This document shows, in pieces, positions 27,619 through 37,731 of a DNA stretch of 64,000 bases (position 1 is its first letter; each line of letters begins with the position of its first letter). Source of the stretch: Dehalococcoidia bacterium (GTDB lineage: Bacteria > Chloroflexota > Dehalococcoidia > DSTF01 > CAZFGZ01). A model generated the notes under the pieces. That model did no database searches, was not told the origin of the DNA, and saw nothing but the letters and a program-made list of their open reading frames with translations. The stretch spans positions 11,221 through 75,220 of the forward strand of contig JBAUEL010000110.1 of the NCBI GenBank assembly GCA_049678585.1. The letters are read 5' to 3'. The translations under genes and the position numbers were made by a program.

Positions 27619-29466
27619 ATGCGAGTGCTTTCTACCTATTTCCGATTCTCCCGGCTACAAAGCGGCATCAAGCTCTTGATCGATGCAGCAAGGTCGCTCT
27701 GTTGCCGTCCCCTGCAGCGCCTTCGCTGGAAGATCATCGGGCCCTATGCACTGCTGACCGTGCTCTTGGGAGTGGTCGGGACCTACATGGTGACCGACCT
27801 CATCGCCGGTTCGCTCCGGGAGCGATTCGACAATCAGCTCGCCGAAGCGGGGCACGTGGCCACCGATGCAGTGGTACGAAAGGAGCGGGAGCATCTAGAG
27901 GGCGTGCGGGCTCTCGCCTTCACAGAGGGTGTGGGGGAGGCCGTCGCGGCCGGGGACACGCAGAGTCTCGACAGGCTGCTGGAGCCGGTGGTCACGAACC
28001 TTGGTCTCGAACGGGCCGAGGTCATCGGCACGGGCGCCAATCGGCTGTTCGGTGTGACCAGAGAGGGGCGGGAGAGTGACCTGACATTCCGGCCCGTCGA
28101 TGCGGGCGACCCGAACCAGTGGCCGCCGGTGCAACGGGTGCTTGCAGCCGGTGAGGACAAGCAGGGTGACAAGTTCGCGGGCCTCGTGGAGACTCCCGAG
28201 GGCTTCGTGTTCCTCACGGCCGGGCCGGTTCGCCGCGGCGATGAGGTCGTGGGGGTCGCGCTGGTCGGGACATATCTGGATAGCTTCGCGAGGCAGACAC
28301 GGGAGGAAGCCCTCGCCGAGGTGACCTTCTACGACTTCAAAGGACGCCCGCTCGCCAGCAGCTTCGCGGGCACGGGCAGCGCGAGCGAAGAGGCAAACCT
28401 TCAGATAAGCTCGCCCGTGCTGGCCTCTGTACTAGGGAGCTACGAGGAGACGACGCGGGAGAGCAGGAGCGTTTGGAAGCGCGACTATGACTTCGCCCAG
28501 GGCCCATTGATCGTCCGCAACCAAGTGGTAGGTCTCTACTCAGTGGCGCTACCAACACAGTTCATCTTCCGGGCGGGCAGCGTCACCCGCTGGCAGATGA
28601 GCGCTGCCTTCAGCGTGGCCATGTTGCTCGTGCTGCTGACGGGCTACCTGCTGGCGCAGGCGATCACCGATCGCGTCAGTCGGCTCATGCGAGCCGCACA
28701 GAAGGTCGCATCCGGTGACCTATCGGTGACGAGCTCGGTCTCCGGGGAGGACGAGATCGGGGTGCTCGCGCAATCCTTCGATGAGATGACGGCGAGCCTG
28801 CGGGCCTACACCAGCCAACTTCACGAACATCACCTGAACACCATCAAGGCGCTCACAGCCGCGGTCGACGCACGCGACCCCTATACGGCGGGCCATTCTG
28901 TGCGCGTAGGTGAGCTGGCCCGGCTGCTGGGTGAGCGGCTGGCGCTGCCTGAGAGCACGCTCGACGCGCTACAGATCGGCGGCTATCTGCATGACGTGGG
29001 AAAGCTCGGCGTTCGCGACGCAATTCTGCTGAAGCCCAGAGAGCTCTCGGACGTGGAACGGCTGATTGTGGACAGCCATCCACTGGTCGGCGCTAGAATC
29101 CTCAAGGCGCTCAACCTACCGCCTGAAGTGCTCGATTTCGTAGTTTCCCATCACGAGCGGCTCGACGGAAGCGGGTACCCGCAAGGGCTCCGCAGCGGGG
29201 AGCTTTCCGTGGTCGCCTGCATCGCCGCCGTGTGCGATGTCTATGATGCGTTGACCACGGACCGCCCGTACCGAGCGGCCCTGACGCCGGAGGACGCGCT
29301 GGCATTGCTCCGGTCGCAGGTCGGGACGCTCTTCGAGCGCGTTGCGGTGACGGCCCTAGACGCGGCCTACATCGGATGGGAGGCGCGGCGGCGCACGGAC
29401 CCCATGCTTCAGGGGGTCAGCCTGCCAGCCACTGTCGCCGACCTGGACCATCAGAAGGCCGCGTAG
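27619..29466 (+). CDS. Membrane-anchored sensor with HAMP and HD-GYP domains (c-di-GMP phosphodiesterase family)
   Basis: TM1 (IIGPYALLTVLLGVVGTYMV), a roughly 280-aa extracytoplasmic domain, TM2, a HAMP-like segment, then HD...HDVGK...HHERLDGSGYP, which is the canonical HD-GYP motif. Confidence 0.8.
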   Translation: MRVLSTYFRFSRLQSGIKLLIDAARSLCCRPLQRLRWKIIGPYALLTVLLGVVGTYMVTDLIAGSLRERFDNQLAEAGHVATDAVVRKEREHLEGVRALAFTEGVGEAVAAGDTQSLDRLLEPVVTNLGLERAEVIGTGANRLFGVTREGRESDLTFRPVDAGDPNQWPPVQRVLAAGEDKQGDKFAGLVETPEGFVFLTAGPVRRGDEVVGVALVGTYLDSFARQTREEALAEVTFYDFKGRPLASSFAGTGSASEEANLQISSPVLASVLGSYEETTRESRSVWKRDYDFAQGPLIVRNQVVGLYSVALPTQFIFRAGSVTRWQMSAAFSVAMLLVLLTGYLLAQAITDRVSRLMRAAQKVASGDLSVTSSVSGEDEIGVLAQSFDEMTASLRAYTSQLHEHHLNTIKALTAAVDARDPYTAGHSVRVGELARLLGERLALPESTLDALQIGGYLHDVGKLGVRDAILLKPRELSDVERLIVDSHPLVGARILKALNLPPEVLDFVVSHHERLDGSGYPQGLRSGELSVVACIAAVCDVYDALTTDRPYRAALTPEDALALLRSQVGTLFERVAVTALDAAYIGWEARRRTDPMLQGVSLPATVADLDHQKAA

Positions 29467-29483
29467 GAGAGGGGAAGCGGACA

Positions 29484-30449
29484 ATGCGGCAAACTCTGCT
29501 CCGCTTGTGCCTTGCCCTGGGATTGGCGGGCATCTGCGTGGGGGGTGCCTGGCTCGCCTCCAGGCTAGCGCTGCAGCGTTCGGCAGCGGGAAGTCTGCCT
29601 GTCGATCTCAGGTCAGAGCTAGAAGTGGACTACGACCGCGAAGACTCGCTGCCACGTCTGCCCCCCTTGGAGCACACGGTGTCGGAGCAGGCGCGCGAGG
29701 ACGAGGCGCAGCTCGCCACTCGATTCTCCCGGGAGGATCTGGATTTCGTGCCCGTATTCTCCACGCTGCCGGACTGGCAGGCAGTGCCCACGCCCGCCTG
29801 GCTGCTGACTCCGCCGGCCACAGGCCCAGCGGAAGGACCGCTGAGAGACTCCACGGCGACGCCACGCCTGGAGTCGACCCCAGAGCGCTCCTCTCCATCG
29901 GGCTCTGCCATGGAGAACGTCCTCGTTCGCTTCGGGCCGTATCCGGACGCCGACACCTACATCGCCGAGGAGGCCAGCAACGCGAACTATTCGGGCACGG
30001 ATGAGCTGCATGTATCGAACACGGCCGGTCGACGAGAGCGTGCCCTCATCACCATCAGGCTCCCCGGCTTGATAGAATCGAGCGGTCTCGAGCGCGCCGT
30101 CCTTCACATCTACATGGGCTCATCCATTGGACCGGGTGAACCGGTGACGGTCCATCGTGTGACCGCTCCATGGGAGCCAAGCACGGCCACCTGGGAATCT
30201 GTCTCGGGGGGGCGGTTCAACGCGGATCAGGTAGCGAGCATCGACACCGAGAGTGTCGGCTGGAAGGAGCTGGACATCACGCCGCTGGTGCGAGTATGGC
30301 TCGAAGGCTCGTTCCAGAACTACGGAATCATCCTGGCGGCACCCACTGTTGCTGTCGACAGCATCGCCACCTTCCACAGCAGCAACTACCCTGATCCCCT
30401 CCTGCGACCGTGGCTCGAGGTGAGCTTCAGTGCCGCCAGCGATTCGTAG
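29484..30449 (+). CDS. Secreted DNRLRE-domain (carbohydrate-binding-like) protein
   Basis: Signal peptide MRQTLLRLCLALGLAGICVGGAWLA. The C-terminal roughly 170 aa match the DNRLRE-domain pattern (ADTYI...NANYSGT...LHIYMGSS...VHRVTAPWEPSTATWESV...WKELDITPLVRVW...NYGIIL...PLLRPWLEV). RBS GGAGAGGGGAAG. The start is 18 nt after the HD-GYP stop; the ORF track extends upstream to 29376. Confidence 0.55.
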   Translation: MRQTLLRLCLALGLAGICVGGAWLASRLALQRSAAGSLPVDLRSELEVDYDREDSLPRLPPLEHTVSEQAREDEAQLATRFSREDLDFVPVFSTLPDWQAVPTPAWLLTPPATGPAEGPLRDSTATPRLESTPERSSPSGSAMENVLVRFGPYPDADTYIAEEASNANYSGTDELHVSNTAGRRERALITIRLPGLIESSGLERAVLHIYMGSSIGPGEPVTVHRVTAPWEPSTATWESVSGGRFNADQVASIDTESVGWKELDITPLVRVWLEGSFQNYGIILAAPTVAVDSIATFHSSNYPDPLLRPWLEVSFSAASDS

Positions 30450-30624
30450 CCCCTAGGACACAAGGCTTCGTCAAGCAGAGCATCTGCAATGGTTCCTCGC
30501 GCCGGACCTTAAGCCTACCCACGGGCGGCTATGACGCGTCCGCGATCCTCTGCCTAGAGAGGACATGGCCGACACACGGCGCCACCGCCTGGCGGCGGCA
30601 AGGCCGATGCAGGTGGAGTGGAGC

Positions 30625-31566
30625 CTACCCTTCGCCGGAAAGGAACCGGCGAGGCACCTCCACTGTGATCGTGCGGATGGTGTCCTCGGCGACCCCCAGT
30701 TCCCTGAGGCCTGGGATGCCGGTCTTCGTGAGGAAGAGATAGCCCGTCGGCTCGTGGTGGGCCGGAGGCTCCTGGCCTGCCAGGACGGGTGCGGGCGCGT
30801 AGTCGTGACCGAGCATCAGCCTGTCCGCGTACCCGCGGTCGATGAGGGCCTTGACGGTCTCGTTGCGTTGTCGCCAGCTGGGGCGGCCTTCGCGCCCCGG
30901 GTAGCGGTCCATGGATAGGAATACGCCCCTCTCAAGCAAGCGGATGAGGTATTCGATGTCCGTCGTGTCAGCGCTATGGCCGACGCAAACGCGGCTCATG
31001 TCGACGCCCTCGTCCTCGAAGATGTCCACCTGGCGCAGGCCGACCTGTTCCGGTGCCCACTGATGAGTGCTGATGGGGGCATTCGTCGCGATGCAGGCGC
31101 GGGCGGCAGCCCGCAGGACGAGCTCACCCTGCTCGGTCACTCCACCGATGTCGTTTGCGACCTTGATGACGCCGGCCTTGATTCCTGTTCCGCCGATGCC
31201 CTCTTCGATCTCGCGAGTGAATACGCGGGCGAGGGAATCCGGGCCAAGGCCCCAGAAGAAGCGTGGTACGTCCAGCCACATGCCAGTGGCCACCACCACG
31301 TGCACGCCGCTCTCACGAGACGCCTCCGCCGCCAGCTCCACGTCCCGGCCCAGGTCCAGCGTGGTGAGGTCGATGATTGTCTCGACACCTCCCGCCCGCG
31401 CTTCCCGGAGCTCCTTGATGACCTGCGCTCGCGTTGCCTTCATGTCGAAGAGGAATGGAAAGCCTTCGAAGACGCCCGCTGAGCCTACTAGGAGGTGCTC
31501 GTGGCCAAGGGTGAATCCGAGTTGGCCTGCATCGACGGGTCCCGTCGCTGTCTGAATGTAAGCCAT
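30625..31566 (-). CDS. Phosphotriesterase-family (PTE/PHP, amidohydrolase superfamily) hydrolase or lactonase
   Basis: N-terminal GFTLGHEHLL (binuclear metal His-x-His), then VHVVVATG and later HS...GHD metal ligands. 313 aa. Confidence 0.8.
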   Translation of the reverse strand: MAYIQTATGPVDAGQLGFTLGHEHLLVGSAGVFEGFPFLFDMKATRAQVIKELREARAGGVETIIDLTTLDLGRDVELAAEASRESGVHVVVATGMWLDVPRFFWGLGPDSLARVFTREIEEGIGGTGIKAGVIKVANDIGGVTEQGELVLRAAARACIATNAPISTHQWAPEQVGLRQVDIFEDEGVDMSRVCVGHSADTTDIEYLIRLLERGVFLSMDRYPGREGRPSWRQRNETVKALIDRGYADRLMLGHDYAPAPVLAGQEPPAHHEPTGYLFLTKTGIPGLRELGVAEDTIRTITVEVPRRFLSGEG

Positions 31567-31579
31567 AGCGCTCCTGCCT

Positions 31580-33010
31580 TTACTCGCCAGCGAGCGGCGG
31601 AATCTGCTGAGGCCAGAGATGGTTCCAGGGGCGCTCGCACTCGTAGGCGTAGGATGCCTGGAGGACGAGGTCTTCGCGGTGTCGGGGCCCCACGATCTGA
31701 AGACCGGCGGGGAGGCCCGCGTCGGTAAGGCCAGCGCGAACGGTCGCGGCCGGGTGGCCCGACAGATTGAACGGGTAGGTAAACGCGATCACCGCCAGCG
31801 GGTTGGGGACCGGCTCGCCGTCGATCTCAGGGGGCATCTTCCCGAGCGCATCGAAGGCCTCGGTGGGAAGGGTCGGCGTGAGCAGGAGGTCGTAGCGCTC
31901 GAAGAGGTGCCAGAGGAAGTTTATCAGCTCGGCGCGGGCCCGTTGTGCCGCTCCGTATTTCTCAGGCGTGAGAACGCGCACGCGTTCGATTCCCGCCAGG
32001 AAGCCGCGACCAAACTCCGGGCGGTGCTCTTCGATGAGATGGGCGATCTCGGCGTAGGTCTCACCGCCGGCGACGGCTGCCCAGGCCAGGCCGGGGTCGG
32101 GGATCCCCCCCTCGATCTCCTCTAGGTCGTGGCCGAGCCGCTCGAAGACGCCTACGGCCTCTCGCACCTCGCGCATGACGTCTGCCTGGACCCGGGCGTA
32201 GCCCAGCGTTGGGCTCCAGGCGATACGAAGGTGCGAGGGCAGGCGCTCGAGCACCTCTACGTATGAGACGCCCGGGTGGGGCAGAGAATCGGGGTCGGCG
32301 GGGTGCGCCCCGACGACGGCGTCCAGGTAGAGGGCAGCGTCGCGTACCGTGCGGGTGATAGGCCCGTAGGCCACCGTGTCACTCCACGTCAGCATCCGGA
32401 ACGGGCCGCGTGGGATGCGGCCGAAGGTCGGCTTGAACCCAAAGCAACCGGTATAGCAGGCCGGGATGCGGACGGAGCCACCTCCGTCGGAGCCGGTGGC
32501 AAGCGGAACCATCCCCGAGGCGATCGCGGCCGAGGAGCCACCGCTCGATCCACCCGGGGTTCGGGCAGGATTCCAGGGGTTTCGCGTTACCCCGAAGAGA
32601 AGGTTCTTCGTAAAGGCCGTGTACCCGAATTCCGGCGCGTTGGTCTTGCCCAGCACGATAGCTCCGGCCCGTCGCAGCCGCTCGACCTGCACCGAGTCCC
32701 GCTCCGGCCAGTTATCCTTGAAAGGGACGGACGCGTGGGTCGAAGCGAATCCCTCCGCGTCTTCGAGCTCTTTGACGCCGAGGGGCAGGCCGGCCAGTGG
32801 CCCCGGATCTTCTCCGCGGGCTATCCGGTCCGCCATAGAACGGGCCTCACGCAGCGCCTCCTCCGGGCGCATCGCGATGAAGGCGTTGAGTACCGGGTTG
32901 GTCTCCTCGATGCGCTCCAGGCAGGCCTCCATCAGGTCGACGGGGGAGAGCGCGCCGGACCGGATGTGCCCCGCGAGCTCATGGGCAGGAGTGAACCAGA
33001 GTTCCGACAT
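31580..33010 (-). CDS. Amidase-signature family amidase
   Basis: GGSSGGSSAAIASGMVPLATGSDGGGSVRIPA is the amidase signature with the Ser-cisSer-Lys triad context. 476 aa. Confidence 0.85.
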   Translation of the reverse strand: MSELWFTPAHELAGHIRSGALSPVDLMEACLERIEETNPVLNAFIAMRPEEALREARSMADRIARGEDPGPLAGLPLGVKELEDAEGFASTHASVPFKDNWPERDSVQVERLRRAGAIVLGKTNAPEFGYTAFTKNLLFGVTRNPWNPARTPGGSSGGSSAAIASGMVPLATGSDGGGSVRIPACYTGCFGFKPTFGRIPRGPFRMLTWSDTVAYGPITRTVRDAALYLDAVVGAHPADPDSLPHPGVSYVEVLERLPSHLRIAWSPTLGYARVQADVMREVREAVGVFERLGHDLEEIEGGIPDPGLAWAAVAGGETYAEIAHLIEEHRPEFGRGFLAGIERVRVLTPEKYGAAQRARAELINFLWHLFERYDLLLTPTLPTEAFDALGKMPPEIDGEPVPNPLAVIAFTYPFNLSGHPAATVRAGLTDAGLPAGLQIVGPRHREDLVLQASYAYECERPWNHLWPQQIPPLAGE

Positions 33011-33166
33011 GGCATACCTCCGCCTCTCTCATGATGACGCCCCGGTTAGCGGGGACGATCGCCACGCGGCGGCATGGTACACCACCCGGATTGCGCGGGG
33101 AAGCCCCTGTAGAGGTTGAGAACTCTACCCGCACATCGTCTGGTAGACTTCTGGAGGGTCAGGCCA

Positions 33167-34711
33167 ATGATGAATGAACTGCTGCTCGGCATTGATGTGG
33201 GGACGTCAGGCCTGAAGGCCGTGGTAGCAGACGCGACCGGCGCTGTGAAGAAAGCGGCCACAGCGCCCTGCGAGGTCGCCCGCCCGCGGCCCGGCTGGAC
33301 GGAGCAGGACCCGGACGACTGGTGGCGGGCCTGTGTACGGGCCGTAAGGAGTCTTGGGAAGCAGCGTGCCTTTCGCTCCGGCGCCCTGGCCGGCATCGGC
33401 CTGACCGGCCAGATGCACGGCTCGGTGTTTCTTGACCGGGCGGACAGGGTCATCCGGCCGGCCATTTTGTGGAACGACCAGCGGACGGCGGCCGAATGCA
33501 AGGAGATCGAGCAGAAGCTCGGCCTGGCCCGGCTCGTCACGCTCACAGGGAACAGGGCGCTCACGGGCTTCACCGCGCCCAAGGTCCTGTGGCTCCGCAA
33601 CAACGAGCCCGGGCACTTCCGGCGCCTGCGGCGATTGCTCCTGCCTAAGGACTACCTCCGGCTCCGGCTTACCGGAGAGCATGCCAGCGACGTCTCCGAC
33701 GCCTCGGGCACCCTCCTCTTCGATGTGCGCCGACGCAGATGGTCGGATGTGATGCTGAGGGCGCTGGATCTCAGCCCGGAGTGGCTTCCTCCCGCGCTGG
33801 AATCACCGGAGGTGAGCGGGCGGCTCAGCAGGGAAGCGGCAAGCGCCCTGGAACTGCCGCCGGGAACGCCCGTGGTGGCGGGAGCAGGCGATCAGGCGGG
33901 GGGAGCGGTGGGCGGCGGCGCCGTGGAGCCGGGGATCATCACCTCCAGTATCGGCACCTCCGGCGTCATCTTCGCGGCCACACCGGAGCCGGTGGTCGAC
34001 CAGGAGGCACGTCTTCATTCCTTCTGCCACGCGTCGCCCGGGCTGTGGCACGTGATGGGTGTCATGCTCTCGGCCGGCGGCTCCCTGCGATGGCTGGCGG
34101 ACCTGATGAAGGCCGCCGCTCCCAGGGGGCGCGACGTGGAGCAGTGGCTGGACGGACTGGCAGAGCGGGCCCCTCCGGGCGCAGGCGGTCTGCTTTTCCT
34201 GCCCTACCTCACGGGGGAGCGGACCCCTCATGCCGACCCCTTCGCCCGGGGCGCCTTCGTCGGCCTGACCAGCGGACAGGGCCTGCCGGAGATGGCCCGC
34301 GCTGTGATGGAGGGTGTGGCTTTCGGCCTGCGCGATTCCCTGGAGCTGGTGCGGGGGCTGGGCATCAACCCGGAGGAGGCGCGGGCCATCGGGGGCGGCG
34401 CCCGCAGTCGCCTGTGGCGTCAGATCCAGGCGGACGTCTTGGGCCTGCCTGTGGTCAGTCTGGCCGCCGACGAAGGCCCTGCCTTCGGGGCGACTCTCCT
34501 GGCGGGCGTGGGCGCGGGGCTGTTCGAGAGCGTGCCGCAGGCCTGCCGAAGCGCGGTCCGCACCGAGGAGCGGCTCGAGCCGCGCCCCCAGGCGACCGGG
34601 GTCTACGACGAGCTGTACCGCCGGTATCGTGACCTCTATCCGCTGCTGCGGGACACCTTCCATACCCTGCACGACCTGTCGGCTAGCGAACCCCCAGCAG
34701 CAGCTCCGTGA
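33167..34711 (+). CDS. xylB: Xylulokinase (FGGY carbohydrate kinase)
   Basis: N-terminal [19 protein letters not shown] motifs GTSGVIF and [12 protein letters not shown]. It lies adjacent to xylA. The start is taken at ATG 33167; the ORF track starts at a TTG at 33116. Confidence 0.8.
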   Translation: MMNELLLGIDVGTSGLKAVVADATGAVKKAATAPCEVARPRPGWTEQDPDDWWRACVRAVRSLGKQRAFRSGALAGIGLTGQMHGSVFLDRADRVIRPAILWNDQRTAAECKEIEQKLGLARLVTLTGNRALTGFTAPKVLWLRNNEPGHFRRLRRLLLPKDYLRLRLTGEHASDVSDASGTLLFDVRRRRWSDVMLRALDLSPEWLPPALESPEVSGRLSREAASALELPPGTPVVAGAGDQAGGAVGGGAVEPGIITSSIGTSGVIFAATPEPVVDQEARLHSFCHASPGLWHVMGVMLSAGGSLRWLADLMKAAAPRGRDVEQWLDGLAERAPPGAGGLLFLPYLTGERTPHADPFARGAFVGLTSGQGLPEMARAVMEGVAFGLRDSLELVRGLGINPEEARAIGGGARSRLWRQIQADVLGLPVVSLAADEGPAFGATLLAGVGAGLFESVPQACRSAVRTEERLEPRPQATGVYDELYRRYRDLYPLLRDTFHTLHDLSASEPPAAAP

Positions 34712-35861
34712 CCAGTTGGTCCAGCCGCTCGTAGCCCAGCCCAGGGCGCGCGAGCCCATCGATGTCGAACGGCATCTCTTTCAGCCTACGGGCCTTCTCC
34801 GCCGAATAGCCCCTGGTTAGCTCAGCCGGCCCATCGTCCTTGGCGCGCAGGGCGACCAGGGCAGCCTGGATCTCCGCGTCCTGCTGAAAGCGCCGCACCT
34901 TGGCCCGTAGGATGTTATAGGTGCGCATGCAGCCCAGCGCGAAGTCCCATACGCCCTTCTCGTCCTCCGTCCGGTAGGCATGAGCGTCGAATTGCTTGGG
35001 TCCCTGGTATCCCCCTTCCTCCAGCAGCTTCACCAGAAAGAACATCCCCTTCAGACTCTCAGAGGCGAAGCGCAGGTCCTGGTCGTAGCGGCCGGGCTTC
35101 TGATCGTTCAAGTCGATGTGGAAGAGCTTTCCCGCTTCCAGGGCCTGGGCGACGGCGTGGCAGAAGTTCAGTCCAGCCATCTGCTCGTGGGCGACCTCGG
35201 GGTTGACGCCAACCATCTCCGGGCGGTCCAGCGTGGTGATGAAGTGGAGCAGGTGACCGGTGGTGGGGAAGTAGATGTCGCCGCGAGGCTCGTTGGGTTT
35301 GGCCTCAAGGGCGAAGACCATGTCATACCCCTGGTCGGACACGTACTGACACAGGAAGTTGAGGGCCTCTCTGTATCTCCTGATGGCCTCCCGGGGGTCC
35401 CTGGAGACATCCACCTCGGCACCCTCACGCCCGCCCCAGAACACATAGATGTGTGCCCCCAGCTCCACGCCGAGGTCGATGGAGCGCATGGTCTTCTGAA
35501 GGGCGAAGGCGCGAACGCGTGCGTCGTTGGAGGTGAAAGCCCCGTCCTTGAACACCGGGTGGAAGAAGAGATTGGTGGTCATCATGGGGACCTGCATGTC
35601 GCAGTCGGCTAGGACGCGCCGGAACTCGCGCACGATGTGGTCGCGCTCGCGGAGGGTGGCAGCGATGGGGACGAGGTCATTGTCGTGCAGGCTGACGCCG
35701 TAGGCGCCCAGCTCGCTGAGCCTCTCCACGATGCGCTCCGGCGGGATGGCGTCGCGGACGGGATCCCCGAAGGGGTCGCGTCCGCGGTTCCCCACCGTCC
35801 ACAGCCCAAAGGTGAAGCGGTCCGCTTTCGTCGGCGTGTACTCGTCACGGGTAGTCTGCAT
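34683..35861 (-). CDS. xylA: Xylose isomerase (actinobacterial class I type)
   Basis: [12 protein letters not shown]-terminal signature and FHDNDL; metal ligands lie in the ...EAKPNEP... region. The start is ATG 35861 with a strong RBS AAGGAGG. The ORF track's upstream extension is not supported. Confidence 0.9.
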   Translation of the reverse strand: MQTTRDEYTPTKADRFTFGLWTVGNRGRDPFGDPVRDAIPPERIVERLSELGAYGVSLHDNDLVPIAATLRERDHIVREFRRVLADCDMQVPMMTTNLFFHPVFKDGAFTSNDARVRAFALQKTMRSIDLGVELGAHIYVFWGGREGAEVDVSRDPREAIRRYREALNFLCQYVSDQGYDMVFALEAKPNEPRGDIYFPTTGHLLHFITTLDRPEMVGVNPEVAHEQMAGLNFCHAVAQALEAGKLFHIDLNDQKPGRYDQDLRFASESLKGMFFLVKLLEEGGYQGPKQFDAHAYRTEDEKGVWDFALGCMRTYNILRAKVRRFQQDAEIQAALVALRAKDDGPAELTRGYSAEKARRLKEMPFDIDGLARPGLGYERLDQLVTELLLGVR

Positions 35862-36117
35862 CTGAGACCTCCTTCGCTCCTCATGACGCTGGACTGCCAT
35901 CGTATTTGACATCCGTCGCGCGCGTCCAGTACGTCTTGCCGGGCCGTACGGTCTCTCCCGGCAGATGGTCAGCGGTCGGCCCCCAGGGATGACGTAGAGT
36001 TGAGAGTGAGGTACGCTGGTATCGGTATCGGGCCGCATGTCACCGGCGACGGCTGAGTTTTCGTGGCCCTGATGCTGTCCTGCCTAGGTGTAGCGAACCG
36101 CGTAGCGACCTAGTAAT

Positions 36118-37581
36118 GTGAGAAGGCGCACTAAACGGACGACCACAGACGTGAACGCGAGCGATGACCTCGAGCCTCTCTTCCATCCGCGAAGCATCGC
36201 CGTCGTAGGCGCATCGGCGAACGAGCGCAGCCAGGGGTACGAGTTCGTTCAGGGGCTCCTCAAGATAGGATTCCCCGGCCCCGTCTATCCGGTAAACCCC
36301 AAGCTGGATGAACTCCTTGGGCAGAAGGCATACCCGAGGCTCGAGGACGTGCCCGGACCCGTCGATTTCGTCATCTCCGCCGTTCCGGCGGGCGCGACCC
36401 TTGAGTTGATCGAAGGGGCCAAGGCCAAGGGGACCAAGCTCATCCACTTCTACACCGGCCGCTTCAGCGAGACAGGCCACGAGGACGCGGCGAAACTCGA
36501 GCGTGAGCTCGCCAGGCGGACCAGGGAAGCCGGCATCCGCGTCATCGGCCCCAACTGCATGGGCCTCTACTACCCGAAGGCCAAGATCACGTTCGACCCG
36601 GATATTCCGGCTGAGCCGGGCAACGTTGGTTTCCTGTCTCAGAGCGGAAGCCATGCCTTCCGAGTCATCGGCCGTGGCTGGCTCCGGGGCCTGCGATTCA
36701 GCAAGGTGATCAGCTACGGAAACGCCCTCGACCTCAACGAAGGCGACTTCTTGGACCACTTCGCCCGCGATCCAGATACCGACGTAATCGCCGCCTACAT
36801 CGAAGGCGTCCGCGACGGAAGACGTTTCTTCGAGGCGCTGCGACGGGCCGCAGACAGAAAGCCCGTCGCCGTCCTCAAGGGCGGGCGCACCTCCGCGGGC
36901 CACGCTGCCGTCGCCTCGCACACCGCCTCGCTCGCCAGCGAGCAGGTCATCTGGCAGACGGCCGTGCGCCAGGCGGGAGCGCTGGAGGTTGGCAGCCTCG
37001 ATGATCTCATCGATATGCTGGTGGCCTTCAGGAACGCCGGCCCGGCCAGGGGGCCGCGGGTCGGCGTTCTCGGCGGGGCAGGCGGCGGCACCGTCGAGGC
37101 CGCGGACCTCTGCCAGGAAGCGGGCCTCGAACTCGCTCCCATGCCGCAGCAGATCAGAGAGGATCTCCGGGAGAAGGTGCCGCACGCCTGGGACTGGGTT
37201 GGAAATCCTATCGACGGCTCGATTCTCGGGTTTGGATCGTTCAACCCGCTAGACGTCGTCGAGATGATGGCGGCCAGCCCCGCCTACGACGCCATCATCG
37301 CCAACACCCATGTGGAGCGCATCATCCGTCATGCCGGCGGTGACAAAGCCTTCCGCGACATCCTCGACCGGCTCAAGCGCTTGGGGACTGAGACCGGCAA
37401 GGCCACCATGCTGGTGATCGAGAATCCCGAGTCGAGCGAGGAGCGGGGCTGGAAGGCCGTCACCCAGGCGCGCGAAGAGCTCGCCGCGGCAGGAGCCGCC
37501 ATCTACTCAGACATCGAGAGGGCGGCCCGGGCCATGAGCCGCTACGTCCACTACATGGCCGCGCGCCGGGAGCGCGAATAG
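36118..37581 (+). CDS. CoA-binding / NDP-forming acyl-CoA synthetase alpha-like protein
   Basis: CoA-binding Rossmann motif (SIAVVGASANERSQGY), then VISAVPAG...IHFYTGRFSETG...GPNCMGLY...SQSGSHA, the succinyl-CoA synthetase alpha-like catalytic His region. Confidence 0.7.
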   Translation: MRRRTKRTTTDVNASDDLEPLFHPRSIAVVGASANERSQGYEFVQGLLKIGFPGPVYPVNPKLDELLGQKAYPRLEDVPGPVDFVISAVPAGATLELIEGAKAKGTKLIHFYTGRFSETGHEDAAKLERELARRTREAGIRVIGPNCMGLYYPKAKITFDPDIPAEPGNVGFLSQSGSHAFRVIGRGWLRGLRFSKVISYGNALDLNEGDFLDHFARDPDTDVIAAYIEGVRDGRRFFEALRRAADRKPVAVLKGGRTSAGHAAVASHTASLASEQVIWQTAVRQAGALEVGSLDDLIDMLVAFRNAGPARGPRVGVLGGAGGGTVEAADLCQEAGLELAPMPQQIREDLREKVPHAWDWVGNPIDGSILGFGSFNPLDVVEMMAASPAYDAIIANTHVERIIRHAGGDKAFRDILDRLKRLGTETGKATMLVIENPESSEERGWKAVTQAREELAAAGAAIYSDIERAARAMSRYVHYMAARRERE

Positions 37582-37731
37582 CCCTCAGGAAGGCGGCAGC
37601 CGCCGGCAGGAAGGCGGTTGCGCTTCATAGTGCCCCGCAGCGCTCCCATACATCCGAGAACGCCTCCAGTCCGGGTGCCACGCGAGGGCTTCGGCAGGCC
37701 ACAGGCCAGCCGACCTACGGCTCAACGGCGC

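Noticed and set aside
29376-29483. Upstream extension of the DNRLRE-protein ORF (start at 29376)
   Set aside because: It would overlap the HD-GYP gene by 90 nt and encode a Gly/Pro/Arg-rich leader. An ATG at 29484 with a strong RBS and a clean signal peptide is far more plausible.
37600-37640. GGCGGC-A-GCCGCC palindrome and duplicated CAGGAAGGCGG after the CoA-ligase-like gene, as a possible terminator
   Set aside because: The palindrome has a 1-nt loop, so it cannot form a stable hairpin. It is more likely chance GC-rich symmetry.
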